NCBI GenBank assembly: GCA_035260365.1
Contig: DATFVJ010000265.1
Span: 1 to 37,640, forward strand
Direction of reading: 5' to 3'
DNA from: Streptosporangiaceae bacterium
GTDB taxonomy: Bacteria; Actinomycetota; Actinomycetes; Streptosporangiales; Streptosporangiaceae
Length of the DNA stretch: 37,640 nucleotides
Shown here: in pieces, positions 19,400 to 28,547 of the stretch
Layout: the number at the start of each line of letters is the position of its first letter
Position numbering within the stretch: the first letter of the stretch is position 1
Made by a program: the position numbers and the translations under genes
The notes under the pieces: model-generated
Databases searched by the model: none
Told to the model about the DNA's origin: nothing
The model's input: only the letters and a program-made list of their open reading frames with translations

Positions 19400-20811
19400 C
19401 ACTGCGAAACCGGATCTCGGCCGCGGCCGCCGTCGGTGTGCTGGTGGTCGTCGCCGCGGTCAGCAGCGTGCTGTACGTGTCCTACGCCGCGAATTTGCAC
19501 TCCCGGGTCGATGCCGCGCTGGTCGACGCCGCCCAGCAAGCCTCCACAATCGCTCGGCGCATCAAGCAATCGGCCGCCAGCGACAAGGGATCCAGCCCGG
19601 ATCTGAGCAAGCCGGTCACCGTCGGCAGCATCGAACTCCAACTCTTTCCTGGCCCGGTCAGCGCCGGTCAGCCCACCCAGTTCGGACCGCTCGACAGCCG
19701 CGATGTCGCGGTAGCCGAACGTGCCCAGCCCGCGTACTTCGCCGACGCGCGCGACGGCGGGCAGCGGTACCGCGTCTACACCGCGGCCATGCCGGAGATG
19801 TCAGGCGGTGCCCTGGTCCGTACCAGCCGGGCGGCGAACGCCGATGACGGCGCGCTACGCACCGCGACGCTGCTCCTCGCCGGGCTCACCATCGCGGCCG
19901 CGGTCGTCACCTACGGCATAGCCCGGCTGACGGCAGGCCGCATCCTCCGGCCGATCGCCGAGCTCACCGCAGCCGCCGAGCACGTCACCCACACCCGCGA
20001 CCTCACCGCCCGCCTCGGCTCCACCGGGACCGACGAGGTAGGCCGGCTCAGCGCGTCGTTCGACACCATGCTGGCCGCGCTGCACGACTCGGTGACCGCA
20101 CAGCGGCAACTGGTAGCCGACGCGTCCCACGAACTGCGCACGCCACTGACCAGCCTGACCACGAACCTCGACCTGCTCGAGGACGGCAAGGGGCTGACCG
20201 ACCCGCAGGCACCCGCTCTGGTCCGAGCGGCACGTGAACAGGCCGGCGAACTCAACCAGTTGATCACCGACCTGCTCGACCTCGCGCGTTATCGCGAGTC
20301 CGCACCACACCGCGAAACCGTGCGCCTGGACCTGCTCACCGACGAGGCAGTGCGCCGCGTGCGGCAGCGGATGCCACACGCAGCCATCGACACCGACCTG
20401 CACCCCTGCCTAGTGCACCTCGACCCCGCCGCGGTCGATCACGCCATCAGCAACCTGATCGACAACGCGATCAAGTGGAATCCCCCCGACGCCGCGGTGC
20501 GCATCGTCGTCGACAACGGCCGAGCCTCGGTCACCGATCACGGCCCCGGCATCGCCGACGAGAACCTCCCACACATCTTCGAACGCTTCTATCGAGCACC
20601 CGCCGCACGAGGAATGCCAGGCGCCGGGCTCGGCCTGGCGATCGTGGCCGGCGTCGCGCACGCCGACAGCGGGACGGTCAACGTGCGCACCGACTCAGGC
20701 GGCTCGACGTTCACCCTCGCGTTCGCTCCCCTCGCCCTGCCAAGCGATGCGCACGTCTCGACCGACCCGCACGCTCGTATAACGCCAGACGGCACCGGCC
20801 AAGGCAGCTAA
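19396..20811 (+). CDS. Sensor histidine kinase (TM-HAMP-HisKA-HATPase_c)
   Basis: It has an N-terminal TM segment, a second TM segment plus HAMP, the H-box ADASHELRTPLTSL, the N box NLIDNAIKW and the G boxes DHGPGI and GAGLGLAIV. The start is coupled to the RR gene by GTGA (19396-19399). Confidence 0.92.
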   Translation: MTLRNRISAAAAVGVLVVVAAVSSVLYVSYAANLHSRVDAALVDAAQQASTIARRIKQSAASDKGSSPDLSKPVTVGSIELQLFPGPVSAGQPTQFGPLDSRDVAVAERAQPAYFADARDGGQRYRVYTAAMPEMSGGALVRTSRAANADDGALRTATLLLAGLTIAAAVVTYGIARLTAGRILRPIAELTAAAEHVTHTRDLTARLGSTGTDEVGRLSASFDTMLAALHDSVTAQRQLVADASHELRTPLTSLTTNLDLLEDGKGLTDPQAPALVRAAREQAGELNQLITDLLDLARYRESAPHRETVRLDLLTDEAVRRVRQRMPHAAIDTDLHPCLVHLDPAAVDHAISNLIDNAIKWNPPDAAVRIVVDNGRASVTDHGPGIADENLPHIFERFYRAPAARGMPGAGLGLAIVAGVAHADSGTVNVRTDSGGSTFTLAFAPLALPSDAHVSTDPHARITPDGTGQGS

Positions 20812-20928
20812 GCCTCAATCCGTGGATGCCCGTTCACCGCTGATGCGGTGCGCCGCGCTGCGGAACTCGACCAGCGCCACCTGCAAAACGATACCCCCTT
20901 CCCGGATAACAACCCATCGTCTGGCATG

Positions 20929-20949
20929 CACCGCCTTCTTGCGGCGGTG
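20929..20949. terminator. Small hairpin in a convergent intergenic region
   Basis: CACCGCC ttcttgc GGCGGTG forms a 7-bp stem with a 7-nt loop, about 118 nt after the HK stop. Support is weak. Confidence 0.3.
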
Positions 20950-21087
20950 GAGCCGCCTGGGCACTGAAACTGGTATCTGCGCAGGAGGAGCCCGAGTTGA
21001 GGCCCAATGGCGTCATTCTTTGAACTGCGGCATTAGCCCGCGGGGAGCATCCGCGAACACTGACGGGGGCGCCAGCGGATCGCGGGG

Positions 21088-22959
21088 TCATCTCGTGACG
21101 GGCAGGACGATCGCGGACGGGTGCGCCGGGTCGTGGAAGACCTCCTGGTCGGCGGCCACCATGCTGGCGGCGCCGAGCGGCTGCCCGGTTCCGGTGTTCC
21201 TGTCGACCCGCGGGTACGCGCCGCTCGCGACCTGGATCCTGACCCGGTGACCGGGCAGGAACCGGTGCCCGGCCGGCCACAGTTCCACCGGCACGCGCCG
21301 CACGCCGTCGCCGCCGGCTTCGGGGCTTCCCGGCACCAGGCGGCGCACGCCCTCGCAGACGTTGATCGACGCCCCGGTCGGCCCGACGTCGCAGACCCGG
21401 ACGACGACGTCGGTGTGCGCGCGGCTGGAGCGGACGTACAGGTCGGCGGTGACCGGCCCGATGATCTCCAGGCCGTCCGGCAGCACCTGGCTGGTGAAGG
21501 TCAGCACGTCCCTGCGCGCCTCGAGCCTGCGGTTGTCCTCGGGCTCGGAGTTGCCGACCAGGGTGGGCCCGCTGACCGCCGGCGTGGGATGCGCGGGGTC
21601 GTAGCGGTAGGAGTCAGGCGGCGACCCCGCCGGCGGCGCGGCGGCCAGGCCACGGCCGGGCTGCAGGTGCCAGCGCTGCGGTGAGATGCCTGGCACGGGC
21701 CAGTCCGGGTAGTCGCGCCACTCGCCGGCACCGGTGACGAACAGCCTGACCGGCTGCCTGCGCAGCAGCGACTGCTCGCCGAGCAGGTGGGCGCGGAACC
21801 AGGTGAGCGCGTCGGCGCTCGCCGCGCGAAGCTGCCGCGGGTCGGCGTGGTACCACGGCCCGATCGTCAGCTGCGGCGTGCGGCCCGCGGCGCGCAGTTG
21901 TGCGTAGTCCCGTAGCTGCCAGGGCAGGAACACGTCGTACCAGCCGCCGAGCAGGCTGACGGGTACGCCGACCTCGCCGACGCTGCCGCTGTGGTCGCGG
22001 CGCTGCCAGTAGGGCTCGTTCGTCCCGGCGTTGCGCAGCAGGTCCTGGAAGAACGGTACGGGCGCACCAGCGGACAGCGTGTCGAGCTCGGCGAGCGGCC
22101 GCCCGGACATGGCCGCGCGCCTGGCCCGGCGGATGGACGTGATACCAGCGGTCAGGCCCCCGAGCGGCCGCTCGATGCGGGTGGTCAGGTCGCTCCAGGT
22201 GAGCGTGGACTCCAGCGCGAAGGCGCCGCCGACGTAGGCGGCGTCGCGGAACTGCGACGCGGCCATCTGCGCGGCCATCGCCCGCAGCTCGGGCCCGGCG
22301 TCGGCGGCGATCGCCCATTGGGAGTAGCCGAGATAGCTGGGGCCGTACATGGCGAACACGCCGCCGAACCACGGCTGCGCCTTCAGCCACGCGACGGTGG
22401 TGAGCCCGTCCTCCCGCTCGTTGCCGAGTGGGTCGAACACGCCGCCGGACCCGAACGTGCCGCGCACGCTCTGGACGACGGCCTGGAAGCCGTGCCGGGC
22501 GAAGAAATGCCCGTAGACCAGGCCGACGAAGCCGCTGCGCCCGTACGGAGACCGAACCAGGATCACCGGGGGATGGCCGGCGCCGTGGTCCGCGGTGCCC
22601 GCGCGGTCCGCCGCGTCGGCGGGGAAGTACCTGTCGGCGCGCAGCGTCACGCCGTCCGCCATCACCACGGCGAGGTTGCGCTGCACGGCGACCGGATGCG
22701 GCCCGGGCGGCAGCCGCAGCGCGGCGGCGCCCAGGTTGCGCGCGGCGGTCGCGGCGCGGCCGCGGGCGGCGACCACGCTGATGCCCGCGGCGCGGTGCCT
22801 GGCCGTGACCACCGCACCGTCGCTCGCCACGACGGTGCTGCCGCCGAGATGCCGGCGCTCACCCCTGGGCCGCACGGCGGTATGGACCGTGGCCTGCATG
22901 GTCGCCCGGGCCACCGCGGCCATCCTCTTGGCCAGCTGCTCGCCAGGAGTCCGCACCAT
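21088..22959 (-). CDS. CocE/NonD-family hydrolase (S15 X-Pro dipeptidyl-peptidase-like)
   Basis: Recognised blocks are VVMADGVTLRADRYFP...PVILVRSPYGR...VVQSVRGTFGSGG...EREDGLTTVAWLKAQPW...AMYGPSYLGYSQW (the GxSYxG nucleophile). A C-terminal beta-sandwich region (LYVRSSRAHTDVVVRVCDV...HRVRIQVASGAYP) follows. The first 90 aa or so look like an extension, so the true start may be internal. Confidence 0.85.
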   Translation of the reverse strand: MVRTPGEQLAKRMAAVARATMQATVHTAVRPRGERRHLGGSTVVASDGAVVTARHRAAGISVVAARGRAATAARNLGAAALRLPPGPHPVAVQRNLAVVMADGVTLRADRYFPADAADRAGTADHGAGHPPVILVRSPYGRSGFVGLVYGHFFARHGFQAVVQSVRGTFGSGGVFDPLGNEREDGLTTVAWLKAQPWFGGVFAMYGPSYLGYSQWAIAADAGPELRAMAAQMAASQFRDAAYVGGAFALESTLTWSDLTTRIERPLGGLTAGITSIRRARRAAMSGRPLAELDTLSAGAPVPFFQDLLRNAGTNEPYWQRRDHSGSVGEVGVPVSLLGGWYDVFLPWQLRDYAQLRAAGRTPQLTIGPWYHADPRQLRAASADALTWFRAHLLGEQSLLRRQPVRLFVTGAGEWRDYPDWPVPGISPQRWHLQPGRGLAAAPPAGSPPDSYRYDPAHPTPAVSGPTLVGNSEPEDNRRLEARRDVLTFTSQVLPDGLEIIGPVTADLYVRSSRAHTDVVVRVCDVGPTGASINVCEGVRRLVPGSPEAGGDGVRRVPVELWPAGHRFLPGHRVRIQVASGAYPRVDRNTGTGQPLGAASMVAADQEVFHDPAHPSAIVLPVTR

Positions 22960-23032
22960 CGTCCCCCATCCGCTTACTTACCGGTTAGTACCATAGTGAC
23001 TCATGGGTGCGGGCAAGGGAAGGCGCGGGGGC

Positions 23033-23542
23033 TCAGGTCGCCGACCCGGCCGCGGCGCCGGTCACCAGGTCGCCCCAGCGGGCCAGCGCCGCGTCCAGGT
23101 CGAGCGGGGCGATCATGCTGCCCTTGCTCAGCTCCTCCGGCCAGTCCTCGGCCGGGACCCGCCACATCACCTCGAACTCGATTCCGTCCGGGTCCTTCGC
23201 GTACAGCGACTTCGACACCCGGTGGTCGCTGCCGCCCACGAGCGCGCCGTGGGCGGCGAGCTTGGCGCGGGTCTCGGCCAGCTCGGGCAGTGACCCGACC
23301 TCCCAGGCCAGGTGGTACAGGCCGGGCCGCGGCATGCCGCCCGGGTCGGACGGCTGCGCGGCATTCCCCACCTGGAACAGCCCGAGGTCGTGGTCGTTGG
23401 AGGTACCGGCGGCACGCAGGAAGGCGGCGCGCCCGGCGATCTCGGTCGCGATCTCGAACCCGAGTGTCTCCTGATAGAACTTTACCGATCGTGACACGTT
23501 GCTGACGTAGAGCACGGCATGATTCAGGCGGCGAACCGACAT
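23033..23542 (-). CDS. VOC-family (glyoxalase/bleomycin-resistance/dioxygenase) protein
   Basis: MSVRRLNHAVLYVSNVSRSVKFYQETLGFEI...HLAWEV...SLYAKDPDGIEFEV is the typical paired beta-alpha-beta-beta-beta VOC pattern. I trimmed the 473-aa track ORF to ATG 23542, which is preceded by GAGGAG. Confidence 0.88.
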   Translation of the reverse strand: MSVRRLNHAVLYVSNVSRSVKFYQETLGFEIATEIAGRAAFLRAAGTSNDHDLGLFQVGNAAQPSDPGGMPRPGLYHLAWEVGSLPELAETRAKLAAHGALVGGSDHRVSKSLYAKDPDGIEFEVMWRVPAEDWPEELSKGSMIAPLDLDAALARWGDLVTGAAAGSAT

Positions 23543-23619
23543 GGCGCCATCTCCTCGCGGGTTTCTTCGGCTAACGACCAGAATGCCGTCGGGGCCGCCG
23601 GCGATTCCCGCCGAGCCGC

Positions 23620-24369
23620 TCAGCCGCCTGGCCGCAGCGCTGAGATCTCCTGCCACAGCTCCCGGTAGCACTGCGCCGCCCTGCTGCGCGGCGCGTACAC
23701 GGGCAGCGGCGCCCGGCGGACCGCCATCTGCTCGACGAGCGAAAGCGCGGGCACGACGGCGGTGGCAAGGTCCTTGCGCTCGGCCGGCAGGTTCTGCGTG
23801 ATGTCGCGGTGCAGCCGCTTGCGCCTGTCGACCATGGAGAAGAACGCCAGGATGGCCGGCTGCGGGCCGTCGAACGAGTCGACGAACCCGGTGAGCTGGT
23901 CGAGTGTGCGGGTGCACAGTGTGGTCGGGATCAGCGGCACGATCAGCATGTCGGCGGCGTGCAGCACGTTCTCGGTAACCAGCGAGATGCTCGGCGGGCA
24001 GTCGAGGAAGACCGTGTCGTACTCCCCGGCCAGCGGCGCGAGCAGCCGCGCGATCTGCCTGGTGGGCTTCTTCGCCGCGTCGAGGAGCAGGTCCATCCGG
24101 CGGTAGGTGAGGTCCGCGGGCAGCAGGTCGAGGTGGTCGAAGTCGGTGCCCTTGATGGCCGCGTCGAGCGGCATCGCGCCGCGCACGAGCGCCTTGCCTC
24201 CGCCCTTCACCCGCGGGCGGATCCGGAACAGGAACGTGGCCGCGGCCTGCGGATCCAGGTCCCAAAGCAGGGTGCTGCGGCCCTCGCGGCTGGCCAGGTA
24301 GGCGAGGTTGACCGCCGCTGACGTCTTGCCGACGCCGCCCTTGACGTTGTACGTGGCATAGATCCTCAC
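23620..24369 (-). CDS. Orphan ParA/MinD-family P-loop ATPase, 249 aa
   Basis: It carries the deviant Walker A YNVKGGVGKTSAAVNLA, the Walker A' LLWDLDPQ and the Walker B VFLDCPPS. It has no N-terminal HTH extension and there is no parB nearby. The GTG start overlaps the CYTH-CHAD stop as GTGA (24366-24369). Confidence 0.9.
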   Translation of the reverse strand: MRIYATYNVKGGVGKTSAAVNLAYLASREGRSTLLWDLDPQAAATFLFRIRPRVKGGGKALVRGAMPLDAAIKGTDFDHLDLLPADLTYRRMDLLLDAAKKPTRQIARLLAPLAGEYDTVFLDCPPSISLVTENVLHAADMLIVPLIPTTLCTRTLDQLTGFVDSFDGPQPAILAFFSMVDRRKRLHRDITQNLPAERKDLATAVVPALSLVEQMAVRRAPLPVYAPRSRAAQCYRELWQEISALRPGG

Positions 24370-26003
24370 GCGGCCGCCGCCTTGGCCAGGCTGGCGATCC
24401 GGCTGGCGTTGCGATCGCTCGTGAACCGGGCGAAACGCCGGCCGAAGTCGTCACGGGCCTCGCTGGCCGCCGCGTCGAGCTGCGCCGCCAGCTCGCCCAT
24501 GGCCAGGAGCGTGGCGGCCGGCGTGGCGCGTTCGGCGACCATCCGTGCGGCGAGCGACCTGATGGCCTCGCGTTGGACGTGCCCGTCCTGGATCTCTCCC
24601 AGGCAGTCCTGTAGTGCTTTCAGCTCCCGAACGGCGCTGCGGTGTGTCGCTGGTTCGTGCAGTGCGGCGAAGAACTCGAGCAGGTAACGCAGTTCCTTGC
24701 CGCGTTTGCGCACCGTGTGCAGGTCCTCTTCGGGCGACGCCGCCGTGATGGCCGCGCCGGTCCTCGCGAGCCTGCGGTACGCGCGCTCGATCCGCGCCGT
24801 GGCGAGGTCGCCGACGGGTGTTTGCGCCACCCCGCCCCGGCCGGCCGCGGCGCGGCGGGACGGCGCCGCGCCGGCCTGGTGCGCGCCGCGCGCACTGAGT
24901 TTGCCGAGCGCGGCGCGCCACTGGCTGGTGAGGCGCGTGAAGCGGGCCGAGCGCAGCCCGCGGGCCAGGCGGCGCCGCTCGGCGGCGCGGTAGCGGGTGA
25001 GGCTCTCGTGCATCGGCGCGAGGTCAGGCGGCGATGCCGTGACCAGACCGGCGGCGGCGTCGGCGAAGCCGAGCAGATGCACGTCCAGGTCGCGCAGTGG
25101 TGTCGTCAGCTGCCCGAGCCACCTGAACTCGAGTGCGTACCGCGGCGCCAGGTCGCCCGGCAGCGCGTCACCGGCCAGCTTCAGCGCGGCCCGGGTCCTG
25201 CGTACCGCGATCCGCAGATCGTGCAGGAACTCGGTGTCGATGTCGCGGACGGCGCCGTCGACGTTGGCTTCGATGATGTCGAGCAGCCGGAGCAGTACCG
25301 CGGCGACCGCGGCGCGTGCGGGCATGGCCGGTGTCAGTGCGACGTCCACCTGACTGCTGTAGTCGCCCGCCCGCCGGCCGGCGGCGGCCAGCGCAAGCTG
25401 GAAGGACGACCGGTCGGCCGCGGTCACGCTGGGCAGGCCGGCGAGGAGCCGCTCGACGCGGTCGGCCTGGCCGCCGTAGCCGCGCACCGGCGTGACCGTC
25501 AGGCGCGCGGGCAGCGCGATACCGGCCGGTCCGCGCACCGAGGCGAGGTCGACCGTGATGCGGGCCACCGTCTTGTCCTCGCCGTCGAGGACGCGCAGGG
25601 TCCGCTGTGCGCTCGCGCACGCGGCGACGGGCAGCAGCGCGCGGATCCCCGCGACCGGCTCGACGAGGTCGCGGACCAGCGCGCCGGGAACCGAGCCTGC
25701 CGCGGCTGGCCAGCTCATCCTCGGCACCGCGCACGCTGTGCGCTCGCCGTCGCTCGCGGCAAAGGCGAGTTCGTGCGTGCCGGGACCGCTGGTGTATTCG
25801 AGCGTGCTGCCCGCACGGTAAAGGCGCCAGTCGAACGTGTCCAGCCACACCCGCCGCACGCTACGAGCACCGTCCGTAGCGACCTCGAACCTCGGCCGCA
25901 GCGCGGCCGCCATCTCGCGCCCGGCCGCCGCGTCCGCGGCTTCGATCGTGAACTCGTGAAGCTGCTGGGGCAACGCCCGCCTCCCCAGTCGATGTCGTGT
26001 CAC
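24366..26003 (-). CDS. CYTH + CHAD domain protein, 545 aa
   Basis: The N-terminal roughly 200 aa are CYTH-like (EFTIEA...VRRVWLDTFDWRLYRAGSTLEY...LTVTPVRGY). The C-terminal CHAD domain has its hallmark His/Arg helices (FLHDLRIAVRRTRAALKLAG and LHTVRKRGKELRYLLEFF). The canonical CYTH ExExK appears as EFTIE with no Lys, so the domain may be degenerate. Confidence 0.85.
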   Translation of the reverse strand: MTRHRLGRRALPQQLHEFTIEAADAAAGREMAAALRPRFEVATDGARSVRRVWLDTFDWRLYRAGSTLEYTSGPGTHELAFAASDGERTACAVPRMSWPAAAGSVPGALVRDLVEPVAGIRALLPVAACASAQRTLRVLDGEDKTVARITVDLASVRGPAGIALPARLTVTPVRGYGGQADRVERLLAGLPSVTAADRSSFQLALAAAGRRAGDYSSQVDVALTPAMPARAAVAAVLLRLLDIIEANVDGAVRDIDTEFLHDLRIAVRRTRAALKLAGDALPGDLAPRYALEFRWLGQLTTPLRDLDVHLLGFADAAAGLVTASPPDLAPMHESLTRYRAAERRRLARGLRSARFTRLTSQWRAALGKLSARGAHQAGAAPSRRAAAGRGGVAQTPVGDLATARIERAYRRLARTGAAITAASPEEDLHTVRKRGKELRYLLEFFAALHEPATHRSAVRELKALQDCLGEIQDGHVQREAIRSLAARMVAERATPAATLLAMGELAAQLDAAASEARDDFGRRFARFTSDRNASRIASLAKAAAA

Positions 26004-26007
26004 TTAT

Positions 26008-26032
26008 GCCGATGTTCGGAAGCCGATGTTCG
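26008..26032. repeat. Direct repeat GCCGATGTTCG x2 (14-bp period) abutting the CYTH-CHAD start codon
   Basis: The copies lie at 26008-26018 and 26022-26032. They begin 5 nt upstream of the GTG at 26003 on the transcribed (minus) strand. Confidence 0.8.
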
Positions 26033-26062
26033 CAGCCCGCTGGGCGTCACCGGATACGACGC

Positions 26063-26068
26063 ACTATA
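26063..26068 (-). promoter_or_regulatory. Candidate -10 element (TATAGT on the minus strand) for the CYTH-CHAD/ParA/VOC operon
   Basis: The plus strand reads actata at 26063-26068 in a locally AT-rich intergenic region. I saw no convincing -35 element. Confidence 0.35.
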
Positions 26069-26140
26069 GCCATCTCCGGTTAACTTGTTGTTCGTCGAAC
26101 CGTGTCCCTTTAGTTATACGCGAGGCCGAGTGCCGTAACT

Positions 26141-27367
26141 CTACGCCACGCTTTCCGTGCCCGAACCGGCCCGCACCGGCACGGGGCCGGCGAGCCGCCG
26201 CCGCCGGGTCAGCGGCAGCGCGAACACCACCCCGGCGGCCATGACCGCGAAGGCGGCGGCGGGCTCGTTGATCAGTCCCTGCACGATGAGCGAGACGATC
26301 AGGCCGCCGGCGTTGCCTGCCAGCCACAACAGGGCGGCCGCCGTGGCCCCCGCGTCCCCGGCCCGGCGCTCGGCGATCTCGAGGACGACCGGCAGCGCGG
26401 TCAGCAGCATGGCGCCGATGCAGAACATCGCGACCGCGCCGACGGCCACCCCTGGCGCCACGGCGAGCGCGACACAGCCGGCCGCGGTCACGATCACCAC
26501 GAGCCGCAGGAGCGGCGCCTCGGCGCCCCGCGCCGCGACCCAGGGCGCGAGCAGCGCGGAGCCGACCACGCCGGCCAGCACCATCTCGACGAGCAGCACG
26601 CCAGCGGCCGACGACGACACCCCGGCCGGCTTGAGCAGTGCCTGGAGCCAGGTGGACATCGCGACGAAAACGCCGAACCCGGCCAGCACGAGGCCGGTCA
26701 GCGTGCGCATCACCGGGTCCGACCAGACGATCCGGAGCCGCTGCGCCCCGGCCGCGACGAGCACCACGCCCTCTCGCCTGCCCGGGTGCCGCACCGCGAC
26801 GAGCAGCGCGATGGCCCCGGCCGACGCGTAGGCGGCGCCGATGACAAGCAGCAGGCCGATCTGGCTGCCGTGACTGAGCACCGAGCCGAGCACGAGCGCG
26901 AGCACGAAGCCGCCGAAGATGCTCGCCGAGCCGATGGCGATCCCCGTCGGGCGGTGCCTGGGTTCGAGGTACTGCCCGGCCAGTTTGGTCAGTGCGTTAA
27001 GTACCAGCGGCTGGGCGATCGCGATGATCAACTGCCCGGCGAGCACCCGGTCGTAACCGCCGCCGATGCGCAGCAATGCCCCGGCCGCCGTGAGCACCCC
27101 GCCGATGGCGAGCCAGCCGCGGAACCAGCGGTCGAGCAGCGCCCCCGCGGGCAGCGCCAGGACGACGTAGACGAGGGGGAAGACCTCGGCCGTCCAGCCC
27201 ATCGCGCTCACCGAGACGCCGTAATGACTCGCCGCCACGGTCGTGATCGGCGCGAACGTCAGCCACAGCATCTGGTTGGCGGAGGAGACGAGGCAGTAGG
27301 CGGCCACGACCGTCCACCTGTTCGGCGCTGGCCCTGCGGCCGCCACCTGCCCTCCTGCGGGGCTCAT
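26141..27367 (-). CDS. MFS transporter
   Basis: The 408-aa protein has about 12 hydrophobic helices, and loop 2-3 (LPAGALLDRWFRG) resembles the MFS signature. Confidence 0.85.
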   Translation of the reverse strand: MSPAGGQVAAAGPAPNRWTVVAAYCLVSSANQMLWLTFAPITTVAASHYGVSVSAMGWTAEVFPLVYVVLALPAGALLDRWFRGWLAIGGVLTAAGALLRIGGGYDRVLAGQLIIAIAQPLVLNALTKLAGQYLEPRHRPTGIAIGSASIFGGFVLALVLGSVLSHGSQIGLLLVIGAAYASAGAIALLVAVRHPGRREGVVLVAAGAQRLRIVWSDPVMRTLTGLVLAGFGVFVAMSTWLQALLKPAGVSSSAAGVLLVEMVLAGVVGSALLAPWVAARGAEAPLLRLVVIVTAAGCVALAVAPGVAVGAVAMFCIGAMLLTALPVVLEIAERRAGDAGATAAALLWLAGNAGGLIVSLIVQGLINEPAAAFAVMAAGVVFALPLTRRRRLAGPVPVRAGSGTESVA

Positions 27368-27619
27368 GTACGTTTCACCAACCTCACGGGTCGCAGATCG
27401 TCACCTGGCATGGTGCTCGTAACCGAGCGCGCTGCTCATTGCCGGGCACGCCGCTCGTTACGGGACATGCTGGATCATGAGCGCTTCGACCACCAGAGGC
27501 CCGCGGACAAGATTGCGGGCGGGTATCGGCTGAAGTCGCTGCGTCTGGTCTGACAATTCCAGCCCGGGTACCCAGGCAAGATGCTGAAACGGGTCGCCCG
27601 GGCCGGGCATGCTGAGCCC

Positions 27620-28453
27620 ATGAAGATCCTTATCTCCGCGGACATGGAGGGCGCCACCGGGGTCACCTGGCCCGCCGACGTCGAGCCAGGGACCGAGCAG
27701 TGGCAGCGCTGCCGCCGGATGTTCACGTCCGACGTCAACGCGGCGATCGCCGGGTTCTTCGACGCGGGAGCCACCGACGTCGTGGTCAACGAGGCGCACG
27801 CGACAATGCGTAACCTGCTTCTCGAGGAGCTCGACGGGCGGGCTGCCATGCTGACCGGCCGCCACAAGGACCTGGGCATGGTGGAGGGCATCCAGCATCC
27901 CGAGGTGAGCGGCGTCGCTTTCGTCGGCTACCACGCGGCGGCGGGAGCCGACGGCGTGCTCGCGCACACGTACCTGCCGAACTCGATCGTCGGCGTGCGG
28001 GTCAACGGCGCCCGGGCGAGCGAGGGACGGCTCAACGCCCTGGTCGCCGCCGAGTACGGAGTACCTGTCGTCCTTGTCACCGGCGACGATCGCGCGTGCG
28101 CGGACGCGGCGGGCTACGCTCCGGACGCGCGGACGGTCGCGGTCAAGGAGTGCGTCAGCAGGTACTCGGCCATCTGCGCGGCACCGTCGGTGACGGCCGC
28201 GGCCATCAGGTCCGCGGCCGCCGGCGCGGGCAAGCTCGCGGCCAGGCGGGCACCGGTCACCGACGGGCGCTTCCACGTGGAGGTAGAGGTCGACGCCACC
28301 CAACTCGCCCAGGCGGCGGCGATCGTGCCGACCGTCGAGCGACTCGGTGATCGGACGGTCGGATACGACAGCCCGACCGCGCGCGAGATGATCCGCTGCT
28401 TCAAGGCGGTCGCCACGTTGATCTCCGCGGCCACCGAGGCCCGTTATGGCTGA
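27620..28453 (+). CDS. M55-family metallopeptidase (D-aminopeptidase DppA-like)
   Basis: MKILISADMEGATGVTWPADV...VVVNEAHATMRNL...FVGYHAAAG...HTY is the characteristic M55 N-terminus. I start at ATG 27620. The track start 27581 adds 13 aa. Confidence 0.85.
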   Translation: MKILISADMEGATGVTWPADVEPGTEQWQRCRRMFTSDVNAAIAGFFDAGATDVVVNEAHATMRNLLLEELDGRAAMLTGRHKDLGMVEGIQHPEVSGVAFVGYHAAAGADGVLAHTYLPNSIVGVRVNGARASEGRLNALVAAEYGVPVVLVTGDDRACADAAGYAPDARTVAVKECVSRYSAICAAPSVTAAAIRSAAAGAGKLAARRAPVTDGRFHVEVEVDATQLAQAAAIVPTVERLGDRTVGYDSPTAREMIRCFKAVATLISAATEARYG

Positions 28454-28547
28454 CCCCGTCAGGTGCTCGGGTTCTGCCCGCCCCGCGTCCCACTGGGTAG
28501 AGCCGGGGATACCAGACGGGTAAGGGCCGAAGTATCGGGGTGACAAC

